NCBI GenBank assembly: GCA_051874735.1 | Contig: JBJEGD010000026.1 | Coordinates: 64,001-128,000 of the forward strand | Length of the DNA stretch: 64,000 nucleotides | Source: Candidatus Bruticola sp. | GTDB lineage: Bacteria; Vulcanimicrobiota; Xenobia; Xenobiales; Xenobiaceae | Reading direction: 5' to 3' | Shown here: positions 37,477 to 46,408 of the stretch, in pieces | Layout of the letters: the number at the start of each line of letters is the position of its first letter | Numbering within the stretch: the stretch's first letter is position 1 | Made by a program: the position numbers and the translations under genes | Notes under the pieces: model-generated | The model's database searches: none | Seen by the model: the letters and a program-made list of their open reading frames with translations, nothing else | Told to the model about the DNA's origin: nothing

Positions 37477-38190
37477 ATGGATACAGCTAGTAGAAAAGGA
37501 CTATTTATTACCTTAGAGGGGCCTGAGGGCGGTGGTAAAACCTCACAGGCTAATGCTCTAGCAGAGAAGCTGCGCCGTTATGGCTTGACAGTTTCTGTTA
37601 CTCGTGAGCCTGGGGGAACCCCATTGGGCGATAAAATTCGCCAGCTGCTTATTGATCCGGCTAATAAAGAAATGAAGCCCTTAACTGAGCTGTTACTTTT
37701 TGAAGCTTCTCGAGCTCAGCATGTTCAGGAGTTTATTAAGCCTAAGCTTAATTCGGGAGAAATCGTTATTTGTGATCGTTTTTACGACTCTACAGTAGCT
37801 TATCAAGGGGCAAGAAATTTGCCTTTAGATACTGTCCATTACTTAAATAATTTGGTAGCCGCTCAATGCTGCCCTGATTTTACTATTCTCCTCGATCTCG
37901 ACTATGAAGTAGGTCGCTCTCGCTTAATGAAGCGTTATCGGCAAAATAGCGGAGCTGTAGATCGCATTGAGCGTGAAGAACAAGCTTTTTTTGAACGGTT
38001 GCGTCAAAATTATTTAGAGTTAGCTAGAGGAGGCTTACAGAAGGACGGATTAAGAGATAATTCCCTCAATCGTTGGCATATTGTAGATGCTTCTGTAAGC
38101 TTTTCTGAAGTTGCTGAGCAAGTTTGGAAGGCTGTTTGGCCGGTAGTGAAGTCTTGTATGGATAAATTATCTGCTGCAAAGAGGAGTTAA
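37477..38190 (+). CDS. tmk: Thymidylate kinase
   Basis: FITLEGPEGGGKT, TREPGGT, RAQH, CDRF.DST.AYQG. Confidence 0.96.
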   Translation: MDTASRKGLFITLEGPEGGGKTSQANALAEKLRRYGLTVSVTREPGGTPLGDKIRQLLIDPANKEMKPLTELLLFEASRAQHVQEFIKPKLNSGEIVICDRFYDSTVAYQGARNLPLDTVHYLNNLVAAQCCPDFTILLDLDYEVGRSRLMKRYRQNSGAVDRIEREEQAFFERLRQNYLELARGGLQKDGLRDNSLNRWHIVDASVSFSEVAEQVWKAVWPVVKSCMDKLSAAKRS

Positions 38191-38191
38191 G

Positions 38192-39196
38192 GTGAAAATA
38201 ATTGGCAGCGAAGTTATACTGGAACGCTTGGGCATTTTGGCTTTTGAGACTAAATTAGCTCCTAGTTATCTTTTTATAGGTCCTAAAGGAGTTGGTAAAT
38301 TTTTATGCGCTCGTTGGTTCGCTGCAGCTGTACTTTGCCCCAATAAGAATAAGCTGGGCCCTTGTGGGCAGTGTTCTGTTTGTAAGAGAATCGAATCGGG
38401 TAATCATCCTGATATTAATATTTTGGCTAGCAGCGGTCGTTCTACTATCGGTATTGATGACATTCGGGAAGGCATAGTTTCAATGCAGACCTGCTCTTTT
38501 GAAGGAGGTTATCGCTTTTGGATTATTGACGAAGCTCAGCGGTTAACTGAAGAAGGTCAAAATGCTTTATTAAAAACCCTTGAAGAGCCCCCGCCTTCAT
38601 TAGTTATTGTTTTAGTAGCTCAACTTGGTGGTTCTCTTTTAAATACTGTTATGTCTCGCTGCCGCCGGTTCGATTTTAAAACTTTGCCCATCGTCTCTCT
38701 TCAGCAGGAACTTATAGTTCGAGGGGCCTCTCCAGATAAAGCCTTGGCTGCAGCTAAAATAAGCGAAGGCTCTTTAGGCGGAGCTTTAGAAATTTTGAGT
38801 GACAGCGTGCTTTGGGATTACAGGGTAGCTCTGTTGGAAATTTTAGCTTCATTAGCTTCTGAAGAGCCAAGTTTATGGAAGGCAATTAGCGCTTCAATCA
38901 CCTTAGAAAAGTTTTGTGGCGGTTCTTCAGCTAAAGACAAAGATCTTCTGTTAAAAACCTTTTCTATGGCCTCGTCATTTTATCGAGATTTGCTTTTGCT
39001 AAAAGTTGGAGCTCCCAGGCATATGCTTGTTAACGAAGATTATTTAGCCATTCTTGAACAAGTATCTGAAAGTAGCAATGCTGCTAGCTTTAGAAAGGCT
39101 TTAGAGAGTATTAACCAGGCTAAGTCTCAAGCATTTCACAATGTTAATGTAAGGCTTTTACTGCAAAATCTGTGTTTATCCTTACAGCCAATGTAA
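38192..39196 (+). CDS. holB: DNA polymerase III subunit delta'
   Basis: YLFIGPKGVGK, PCGQCSVC, NHPD, NALLKTLEEPP, TVMSRC; follows tmk. Confidence 0.92.
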   Translation: MKIIGSEVILERLGILAFETKLAPSYLFIGPKGVGKFLCARWFAAAVLCPNKNKLGPCGQCSVCKRIESGNHPDINILASSGRSTIGIDDIREGIVSMQTCSFEGGYRFWIIDEAQRLTEEGQNALLKTLEEPPPSLVIVLVAQLGGSLLNTVMSRCRRFDFKTLPIVSLQQELIVRGASPDKALAAAKISEGSLGGALEILSDSVLWDYRVALLEILASLASEEPSLWKAISASITLEKFCGGSSAKDKDLLLKTFSMASSFYRDLLLLKVGAPRHMLVNEDYLAILEQVSESSNAASFRKALESINQAKSQAFHNVNVRLLLQNLCLSLQPM

Positions 39197-39221
39197 TTTT
39201 TCTTATCTTAGTAATTTACAG

Positions 39222-39262
39222 AAAAGAGCCCGCTTCAAAAACTTTGAAGCGGGCTCTAGTTT
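39222..39262. terminator. Bidirectional terminator between holB and the amylase gene
   Basis: AGAGCCCGCTTCAAA / TTTGAAGCGGGCTCT perfect stem with A/T flanks. Confidence 0.85.
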
Positions 39263-39352
39263 TGAAGTCGTTTTGTATCGCTCTCAGCTAAGGTCTCTCG
39301 GTTACCGAAAACTACACAACCTTAGCTGACAACTTTATAATGCAACATTCAA

Positions 39353-40999
39353 TTACTTTTTGAATTGAATATTCCCATAGTCCTTTTCAGGAACCAGAAC
39401 TCTTCCCTGCTTGTCCGCAGTGCCAATATTGAGGCAGTTGTCTTTGACTGTGAACTTGTCGCCAGTCAGGACGTCTACCATAACATCGCCATTGTGGATA
39501 GGACTGCCCTCACGCAGAGGAATGTTGCGGGTCTGGTGATTGTAGGAGTTATTCAAAACTGTAATGCACTCCTGGCCTTCGTAGCGACGGCAGAAAGCGT
39601 AAACTTGGTCATCCTGCCACATCTCTTTTTGCTCACCGAATTGGAGGGCCGGCATAGCCGCACGGGTGCTGGTTAACTTTTGGAGGTGCTCGGTAATATG
39701 CGGGTTAGCACCAAACTCCATATCGCGACGGTTATCAGGATCACCTCCGCCGACCATGGCAGTTTCATCGCCGTAGTAAATGGAAGGAATACCGCGGCAA
39801 GTCATGATGAGATCCATACCCAGCTTAAGCTTATCATGGCCGCGGCTGTTGTTGGTGTTGTTCATGAAACGCTCGAAGTCATGGTTGTCTAAGAGAGTGA
39901 CCATCTTGCTAGCATCGGGGTACTTGCTGTCCTCTGCAAAGCGTCTGCCAAGCTCTCTAGCACTGCCGTCTTTACCGATAGTATCACGGATTGTGTAATA
40001 CAAAGGCATATCGAAGCAGCTGTCCATGCCGTCACGCTGGTAACCAGACACCACGTTGGGATCGCCATGTAAAGCTTCACCCAAAATCATGAAGTCGTCG
40101 CCCATTTCTTTCTTTACATCGGCGCAGAACTTCTGCCAGAACTGGTGATCGACATGCTTAATGGCGTCTAAACGAATACCATCAGCTCCGGTCTCTTTAG
40201 CCCACCACAGAGTATTGTCTAACAAATATTTGTAAACTTCAGGGTTACTCTGGTCAAGGTCGGGAAGACCGCAGACATCGCCGTTTTCGAGCTGCCAAGG
40301 ATCATTCCAGTTACGGATGCCGCCGTTGTGGTGGAACCAATCTTTTTTACTAGGATCATTCAGCCAAGAATGGTTGGGAGAAACGTGGTTGAGCACGGTG
40401 TCCAAAACAACCTTCATGCCTTTTTCGTGAGCCTTAGAAACTAACTCTTTGGCGTCATCCATGGTACCCTGATGCTCATCTACTTTGTAGTGGTCAGTAA
40501 TCCAGTAGCCGTGATAACCGGTACCTTCGTAGTTGCCCATTCTAATGGTGTCGGCGTTGTCGTACATAGGGGCGACCCAAAGACAAGTGGCGCCCAAATC
40601 TTTGATATAGTCTAATTTGTTGATAACACCGCGGAGATCGCCGCCATGGTAAGCGGTTGGGTTGTTCTTATCAACATTGAAGTTATTGCTGGGATCACCG
40701 TCGCAGAAGCGGTCAGTGAGGGGAAAATAAATTACCTGGGGGCCCCATTTCTCTTGCCAAGAACTCAAAGAGTTTGTGGTAACGGCAGAAGCACTAGCTG
40801 TCTCTTCGGTCTTAGCCGCAGTTGAGCAGAAAAGAGACTTCGGAATGAGTCCGGCCGAAGAATCAGACTTAGATTTCGTAAGAGTATCGGTGGGGAGGGC
40901 AGATACGCTCTCGGCCTCAGCGGCCTTGGCGGCAGGAACTGAAACGTTAGATATAGGCTGATTGAAAACTTTAAAGTTATCAGACACGCCGGAAATCAT
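39353..40999 (-). CDS. GH13 alpha-amylase family glycosidase with low-complexity N-terminal leader
   Basis: DRFCDGD, GGDLRG, YHGYW, DTVLNH, LPDL, GIRLDAIKH, GEAL, LDNHD, GIPSIYYGDE; GGAGG RBS supports ATG 40999. Confidence 0.93.
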   Translation of the reverse strand: MISGVSDNFKVFNQPISNVSVPAAKAAEAESVSALPTDTLTKSKSDSSAGLIPKSLFCSTAAKTEETASASAVTTNSLSSWQEKWGPQVIYFPLTDRFCDGDPSNNFNVDKNNPTAYHGGDLRGVINKLDYIKDLGATCLWVAPMYDNADTIRMGNYEGTGYHGYWITDHYKVDEHQGTMDDAKELVSKAHEKGMKVVLDTVLNHVSPNHSWLNDPSKKDWFHHNGGIRNWNDPWQLENGDVCGLPDLDQSNPEVYKYLLDNTLWWAKETGADGIRLDAIKHVDHQFWQKFCADVKKEMGDDFMILGEALHGDPNVVSGYQRDGMDSCFDMPLYYTIRDTIGKDGSARELGRRFAEDSKYPDASKMVTLLDNHDFERFMNNTNNSRGHDKLKLGMDLIMTCRGIPSIYYGDETAMVGGGDPDNRRDMEFGANPHITEHLQKLTSTRAAMPALQFGEQKEMWQDDQVYAFCRRYEGQECITVLNNSYNHQTRNIPLREGSPIHNGDVMVDVLTGDKFTVKDNCLNIGTADKQGRVLVPEKDYGNIQFKK

Positions 41000-41260
41000 G
41001 ATAAAGCCTCCAAAAATAATTATAGATGTAAAAACTCTCTTAAGCACTCCGCTTTAGGAACACCTAATCCCAAACATTTGCAAAGAAGCCACAGTCTGAA
41101 ATTAATATGTTGTTTTCTTGCAACTTCATTAACTTAGATTATACCTAATTATCAAAAAAAAATGTTACCAGGAATTTAATTAACACCTAGAAAAAAACTA
41201 ATTGTGCAGAGTAGAGCTTCTTTGCGCCCAGGTATTCGCATGTTTTCAGGAGTAAAGATT

Positions 41261-43285
41261 ATGAAATTACAGCCGCGTGTTTTTTTTAATATGGGAGCCA
41301 TAGTTTTAGGAATTGCTTGTTTAACTTTGCCGGCTGTGGCCAACAGTGGTACCCCAGAAAAGTTTTCTTCCAAGCATAATGCTATCGTCCGCCAAGTTAA
41401 GGGCAACCTTACCATAGAAGGAGTGCCGACAATCCCTGATTCTCTGATTGAACGCTTGGCTCAGTACTCTAATGTGCGTTCCGCAGTAGTGGGTGATTGG
41501 GATCCCCAGGCTAAGGGCCTCTTAGTTTTTACCCGTTTTGGTCAAACTTCTCAAGTTCATCGTGTAGCTCGTCCGGGTTCTTTTCGCGAGCAGATTACTT
41601 TCTTTGATGAGCCTGTCAACAGTATAGCCGTCAATCCTGACAGTAAACGTAACGAAATGGTAATGCTGAAAGATGTAGGCGGCAACGAAAATTATCAAAT
41701 ATTCTTGTGGAATTTTAGTGATGGCCGTTCTAAAATGCTCACTAATGGTAAGGCCAGATATGGCTCTGTAGTATGGAATGATGAAGGTACTAAAATAGCC
41801 TACCAGTCTACTGAACGTGATGGCGCTAATTGGGATATTTGGATTATGGATCCTAAACATCCTGAACAAGCTAAAATGGTTTACAGCCCTGGAGGGTATT
41901 GGGGGGTATTAGATTGGTCTAAACAAGGCGATCGTTTGCTTCTTTATAAATATATTTCTATTACAGAATCGTCTATGGTGGTTCTCGATTTAAATAGCGG
42001 CAAGACTATACCTATTGGCATAGATGACGCTTCTCAACCTCCTTTTGCTTTAGGAGAGGTCGCTAAATTTTCTACCGACGGTAAGGGAGTGTTCTTTACT
42101 ACAGATAGTGGCAGCGAATTTCAGCGTTTAGCTTATCAAGATCTGTCTACTAAAAAAATAAGTTACATGGCGAGAGATATCCAGGCTGATGTGATTGATA
42201 TACAAATCAGCAAAGATGGCAGCTTGTTGGCTTTTGTTACTAATGAGGATGGTTTTTACAAAATTTATGTTATGAACTTAAATAAGGGAAACTGTAAATA
42301 TCGCCGTTTAACTACTATACCTGAAGGTGTGGTTTACGGAATGAAATTTTCCCCTGACCGTCGTTTGGCTGTTAGCATCGGATCTGGTAATAGGCCTTGT
42401 GATACTTATACTGTTAACTTAGATCGAAAAGATGAGTGCTTGCGTTGGACTTTTAGTGAGGCCGGCGGTTTAGACACTTCTTCTTTTGCTGAACCTAAAC
42501 TTTTACATTACCCTACTTTCGATAATGACGGGGACAAAGCACGTCAAATTCCCGCTTTTGTTTACATGCCTAAAAAAGCTGCCTCAGAGCCCTGTCCTGT
42601 ACTTATTCAAATCCACGGAGGGCCAGAGAGTCAATATCAGCCTTATTTCAGTTCGTTTATTCAGTATTTAGTCAATGAAAAAGGTATAGCTGTTATCGCT
42701 CCCAATGTTCGGGGCTCTCATGGTTATGGCAAAACTTATGTGTCTTTAGATAACGGATACAAGAGAGAAGATTCTGTTAAAGATATCGGTGCTCTCATTG
42801 ATTGGATAAAAAAACAGCCTCAGTTCAATGGAAAGATCGCTGTTATGGGAGGTTCGTACGGCGGTTATATGACTTTAGCTTCCATGACTCATTACAGTCA
42901 GGATTTGAGTTGCGGCATAGACAACGTAGGTATTAGCAATTTTGTGACTTTCTTAGAGAATACTAATCCTAATCGCCAAGACTTGCGTCGTGTTGAATAT
43001 GGTGATGAGCGAGATCCGGAAATGAGAGCTTTTATGGAAAAAATTGCTCCGGCTAATAATGCTGCCAAGATAACTAAACCTCTTTATGTGGTACAGGGAT
43101 ACAACGATCCGCGCGTTCCTGTTACTGAAGCAGAACAAATGGTTCGAGAAATACGTCAGGCTGGCGGTTTAGTTTGGTATTGCTGTGCCGCTGATGAAGG
43201 ACACGGATTCGCCAAAAAGAACAATCGCGATTATTACTGGCAGTCTGCAGTGCTTTTCTTAGAGAAATATTTGTTAGGTAAATAA
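41261..43285 (+). CDS. Exported S9 family (prolyl oligopeptidase-like) peptidase
   Basis: Signal peptide, propeller region, IHGGPE, GGSYGG, NDPRV, DEGHGF. Confidence 0.93.
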   Translation: MKLQPRVFFNMGAIVLGIACLTLPAVANSGTPEKFSSKHNAIVRQVKGNLTIEGVPTIPDSLIERLAQYSNVRSAVVGDWDPQAKGLLVFTRFGQTSQVHRVARPGSFREQITFFDEPVNSIAVNPDSKRNEMVMLKDVGGNENYQIFLWNFSDGRSKMLTNGKARYGSVVWNDEGTKIAYQSTERDGANWDIWIMDPKHPEQAKMVYSPGGYWGVLDWSKQGDRLLLYKYISITESSMVVLDLNSGKTIPIGIDDASQPPFALGEVAKFSTDGKGVFFTTDSGSEFQRLAYQDLSTKKISYMARDIQADVIDIQISKDGSLLAFVTNEDGFYKIYVMNLNKGNCKYRRLTTIPEGVVYGMKFSPDRRLAVSIGSGNRPCDTYTVNLDRKDECLRWTFSEAGGLDTSSFAEPKLLHYPTFDNDGDKARQIPAFVYMPKKAASEPCPVLIQIHGGPESQYQPYFSSFIQYLVNEKGIAVIAPNVRGSHGYGKTYVSLDNGYKREDSVKDIGALIDWIKKQPQFNGKIAVMGGSYGGYMTLASMTHYSQDLSCGIDNVGISNFVTFLENTNPNRQDLRRVEYGDERDPEMRAFMEKIAPANNAAKITKPLYVVQGYNDPRVPVTEAEQMVREIRQAGGLVWYCCAADEGHGFAKKNNRDYYWQSAVLFLEKYLLGK

Positions 43286-43305
43286 ATTAACTTTATTAGT
43301 TATCT

Positions 43306-43355
43306 TAAAAATAAAGAGCTTCTCTACTATAAAGTAGCAAAGCTCTTTATTTTTA
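43306..43355. terminator. Bidirectional terminator
   Basis: AAAAATAAAGAGCTT...AAGCTCTTTATTTTT between convergent genes. Confidence 0.75.
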
Positions 43356-43412
43356 TGGCGCGTAGATGGTAACTTTATATTGTACTGAGGTAAAAAAGCT
43401 TATGGCTTAAAA

Positions 43413-43736
43413 CTAGGGAGTACCAGGAAAACTGTCAACGAATTTAACAGTGAAGTCGGGGAAAGAGTCGACAAATTGAATTTTATAATCGGGGAAAGAG
43501 TCGACAAGCTGCCATTTCCCCGGGCCATCAGGAAAACTTTTAACTACTTTAACTTTCAGATCGGGAAAAGAATTGTCTACTTTAACCTTATAATCGGGGA
43601 AAGAATTAACTATCTGAATTCTGCCGTATATTCCGCTAACAGGAACTTTCGGTTTTGCTTGTACATTGGTGGCTGCGCAGGCAAAGAGTATAATTAGCGT
43701 CAGTAAAGCTGCAGACAAGGAGATCTGCTTTCTCAT
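43413..43736 (-). CDS. Small exported protein with five-six V(D/N/K)SFPD repeats (DUF6150 / septoil-knot-like)
   Basis: AGGAGG RBS, signal peptide ending VQA, repeats VNSFPD, DNSFPD, VKSFPD, VDSFPD x2, VDSFPG. Confidence 0.75.
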   Translation of the reverse strand: MRKQISLSAALLTLIILFACAATNVQAKPKVPVSGIYGRIQIVNSFPDYKVKVDNSFPDLKVKVVKSFPDGPGKWQLVDSFPDYKIQFVDSFPDFTVKFVDSFPGTP

Positions 43737-43857
43737 ATTGCACCTCCTGAAAATAGTTTTATTGACCTTTGCACTGAATTATTTCAGAGTCTACATGTTA
43801 ATATCGTCTTTTCGTCTATTTTCCTTTGCACAAGTTATATAATACCCAAATTTAATA

Positions 43858-43907
43858 AAGCCACAGTTTTATTGTACTAAAAATAGTACCTGTATAAACT
43901 GTGGCTT
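43858..43907 (-). terminator. Long-loop hairpin downstream of the nuclease gene
   Basis: AAGCCACAGTTT ... AAACTGTGGCTT inverted repeat. Confidence 0.5.
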
Positions 43908-43934
43908 CATTTCACTCTATATGCCAGTAAAACG

Positions 43935-44831
43935 TTAGCCTCTAATATTAAATTCGGAAGTAATCATGAGATGGTCTGAGGCTGTGGAAGATACCCAGCG
44001 AGTGTCTGTAGTATCGGATTGCGTATAACGATGGACTTGAGAGCTCACCAAGCGGTTGGACATAGATTTCGGGAAAATCATGTGATCGAACTGCTCGGGA
44101 GCAAAACCATTACTCTTTTTGGGATTGGCGGGCCAAGTGTTGCGCTCTGCATCGGGTTTGCCTGCTAAACTGTCGACCCATTCTTCGCGCCCTCCGCCTG
44201 GATTCAAGACTGCTTGGACGGAAGCGTCGTCAGTGTTGTCGTTGAAGTCGCCGGTAAGCACGAAGAGACGGCCGGGGAATTCTTTCATTTCCGCTTCAGC
44301 AATGTCGCGCATAGCGCGCCCTTCGCTCAGGCGTTTCGTATCGGCGCTCACATGACCGGGAGCAGAGGGTCTTCTAGATTTTGAATGGGTAGTATATAAG
44401 CTGAGATCGGCGCTCTGGTTGCCATCGACATCTATATCGACGCGGAGCAAGTCGCGGCTGAATTTAGTGTCGCCGCTGCCGTCGGCTAGAGGGAAGGTTA
44501 CGTCTTTATGGGAGACAACCTCAGTAAAGGGATATTTAGAGATTACTGCTACGTTTACGCCGCGTCCGTCGTTGCCGGGAACGTGAGCTACGTATTTATA
44601 ATTTTTGCTAAGCCCGCGAGTTTCGAGGAATTCATCTAAGGTTTCTTTAGATGTACACTCTTGTAAGGCTACTACGTCGGCGTCAGCTCTTCTAATATTT
44701 TCGGCCAAAGCGTCTAAAGAACGCTCGCTCTTCACTGGAGTGCGGCCACCGCCAGCCCTTTGCACGTCGCGATCAGCAAACATGTTTTTTACATTGTAAG
44801 TACCTATGGTTACAGACGTTTTGCCTATCAT
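43935..44831 (-). CDS. Endonuclease/exonuclease/phosphatase (EEP) family protein
   Basis: TYNVKN, DVVALQE, THSKS, GDFND, FDH, SDH catalytic motifs. Confidence 0.92.
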   Translation of the reverse strand: MIGKTSVTIGTYNVKNMFADRDVQRAGGGRTPVKSERSLDALAENIRRADADVVALQECTSKETLDEFLETRGLSKNYKYVAHVPGNDGRGVNVAVISKYPFTEVVSHKDVTFPLADGSGDTKFSRDLLRVDIDVDGNQSADLSLYTTHSKSRRPSAPGHVSADTKRLSEGRAMRDIAEAEMKEFPGRLFVLTGDFNDNTDDASVQAVLNPGGGREEWVDSLAGKPDAERNTWPANPKKSNGFAPEQFDHMIFPKSMSNRLVSSQVHRYTQSDTTDTRWVSSTASDHLMITSEFNIRG

Positions 44832-45115
44832 ATTATTTAAACCCCGCTGGATAAACTTTCTTTATACCGCTGTACTTTTAATACAGAAGTAGAATTAAGA
44901 ATATAAGTTCCTCCCGCCGCATCTTTTTTAAGAAAATGACGATCCAAAAGCATTTGTCTACTTCTGTTGGCTGTAAACCAACACAAGCAGCTGATACTTG
45001 CGACTCACAACCAAAAATTTTCTTTAACGGCGGACTATAAAACTAGAAAAAGATGCGGCAGTCCAGCTTAGGCGTCAGCCTAAGCAGCTTTCTGCACACT
45101 ATTATAAAGATTATA
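44832..45115 (-). promoter_or_regulatory. Structured 5' leader with -10 elements upstream of the EEP gene
   Basis: TATAAT at 45106-45101 and 45115-45110; several complementary segment pairs of 8-13 bp (see findings). Confidence 0.5.
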
Positions 45116-45169
45116 CGTATAATTAACTACAAACAAAACTTTTGTGTAAGTGATTTAATGTATTTTTTG

Positions 45170-46363
45170 TTAATTTTCTAATATATCATTTTTAATCAGA
45201 GCTTCTTCTACTATTTTAGCCATAAAACGATGGCCTTCTGGAGTGAAATGTACAGAATCTGCAAAAAGGCGGTCGTATTGCTGAGGTGGCAGAGACGCAA
45301 AAATTTGTGGAGCATCTATTATCATTATGTTGTATTCGGCAGCTAGGCGGCGCAAAGCTTCATGATAAAGAGGTAACTGAGAGCTATTAGCTATATGGCG
45401 ATTAGTAGGTTCTAGAAGGAGAACTAGTTGGAATCCGTCTTCTTGGCTCAGTTTATAAAAATTTTTTATATTTTCGATAAACTCAGATAAGGGCACACGT
45501 TCAGTGGCGTTAACATCGCCACTTCGGCGGCTGTACATACTGCGGCTGTGCAGGCGCAGACTAAGGCTGCGTACTAGGATACATATTCGGCTGCGATATA
45601 TCCAGGAGCGCAGATAATGAATCCACTTGTTGTCCGTAATTACTGAACGGTCAGTGGAAAAAGCTTCATTGGCATCGTGATAGCCAAAGGCTTCTATAAC
45701 CATATCGGGTTTGTAAGGGGCTATGTCCGATTTGTAGAGCATCAGTCCCTGCCATGAGGAATAACCGGAAATAGCTCCATCAATTACTTCTATGTGGCGA
45801 TGGCCATTGGCTTGGGCTTGTCGTCTGTTTAAATTATTCTGCAGTACTTTTGGGTAACAGTGTTTGGGGGCATATTGATGGCGGAAGGCAGAAATAGCCT
45901 GAGAATCGCCTAAAACGGTAATACGGAAGGTATTGCTATTTTTATGGCGCGGGTGTTCCTGATCAAAAATGCCGCTTATAGAAGTCCGCGAAGTACCGAC
46001 CATATTAGTTCTGCGTCCGCGTTCATTGGCTGTCGCTTCTGGATTAGCTTTCCAAAAGGTGAGGGGATCGGGAATAAATAATTTAGAGGGACTGTAGTAA
46101 GGCAAGTGAAGCATAGCTTCGAAAATAACAAAGAATAGAAATGTAACAAGCAGATTACGCTTGAACAGAGAAAGCCTTGCCCAGCCTGAATATTTTTGGG
46201 CCACTACTTGACTTAGTTTGCATAGTAGGGCAGCAATAGTAAAACCCAATAGAAGGCTGGCTATAATTTGATTATCTAGCAGTCTGGGAATATTGCCTAT
46301 AAGATATTGAGAACTTAGGGCCGTTTCTCCGCCGCTTACTATGTAAAATGCAGTATCTTCCAT
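45170..46363 (-). CDS. Membrane-anchored SGNH/GDSL hydrolase-family protein
   Basis: LGDS, AISGYSS, FADSVHFTPEGH; N-terminal TM helices. Confidence 0.85.
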   Translation of the reverse strand: MEDTAFYIVSGGETALSSQYLIGNIPRLLDNQIIASLLLGFTIAALLCKLSQVVAQKYSGWARLSLFKRNLLVTFLFFVIFEAMLHLPYYSPSKLFIPDPLTFWKANPEATANERGRRTNMVGTSRTSISGIFDQEHPRHKNSNTFRITVLGDSQAISAFRHQYAPKHCYPKVLQNNLNRRQAQANGHRHIEVIDGAISGYSSWQGLMLYKSDIAPYKPDMVIEAFGYHDANEAFSTDRSVITDNKWIHYLRSWIYRSRICILVRSLSLRLHSRSMYSRRSGDVNATERVPLSEFIENIKNFYKLSQEDGFQLVLLLEPTNRHIANSSQLPLYHEALRRLAAEYNIMIIDAPQIFASLPPQQYDRLFADSVHFTPEGHRFMAKIVEEALIKNDILEN

Positions 46364-46408
46364 GTGCCGTTAACTAGTGACTGAGTGTTTTTTATGTTGT
46401 TAGAAAAC

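Noticed and set aside
41063-41071. GGGATTAGG in the amylase leader complementary to the candidate sRNA
   Set aside because: Only 9 nt and about 60 nt from the start codon; chance match likely
43425-43612. Repeated TCGGG(G/A)AAAGA DNA motifs as a mini-CRISPR
   Set aside because: They are the codons of the SFPD protein repeats
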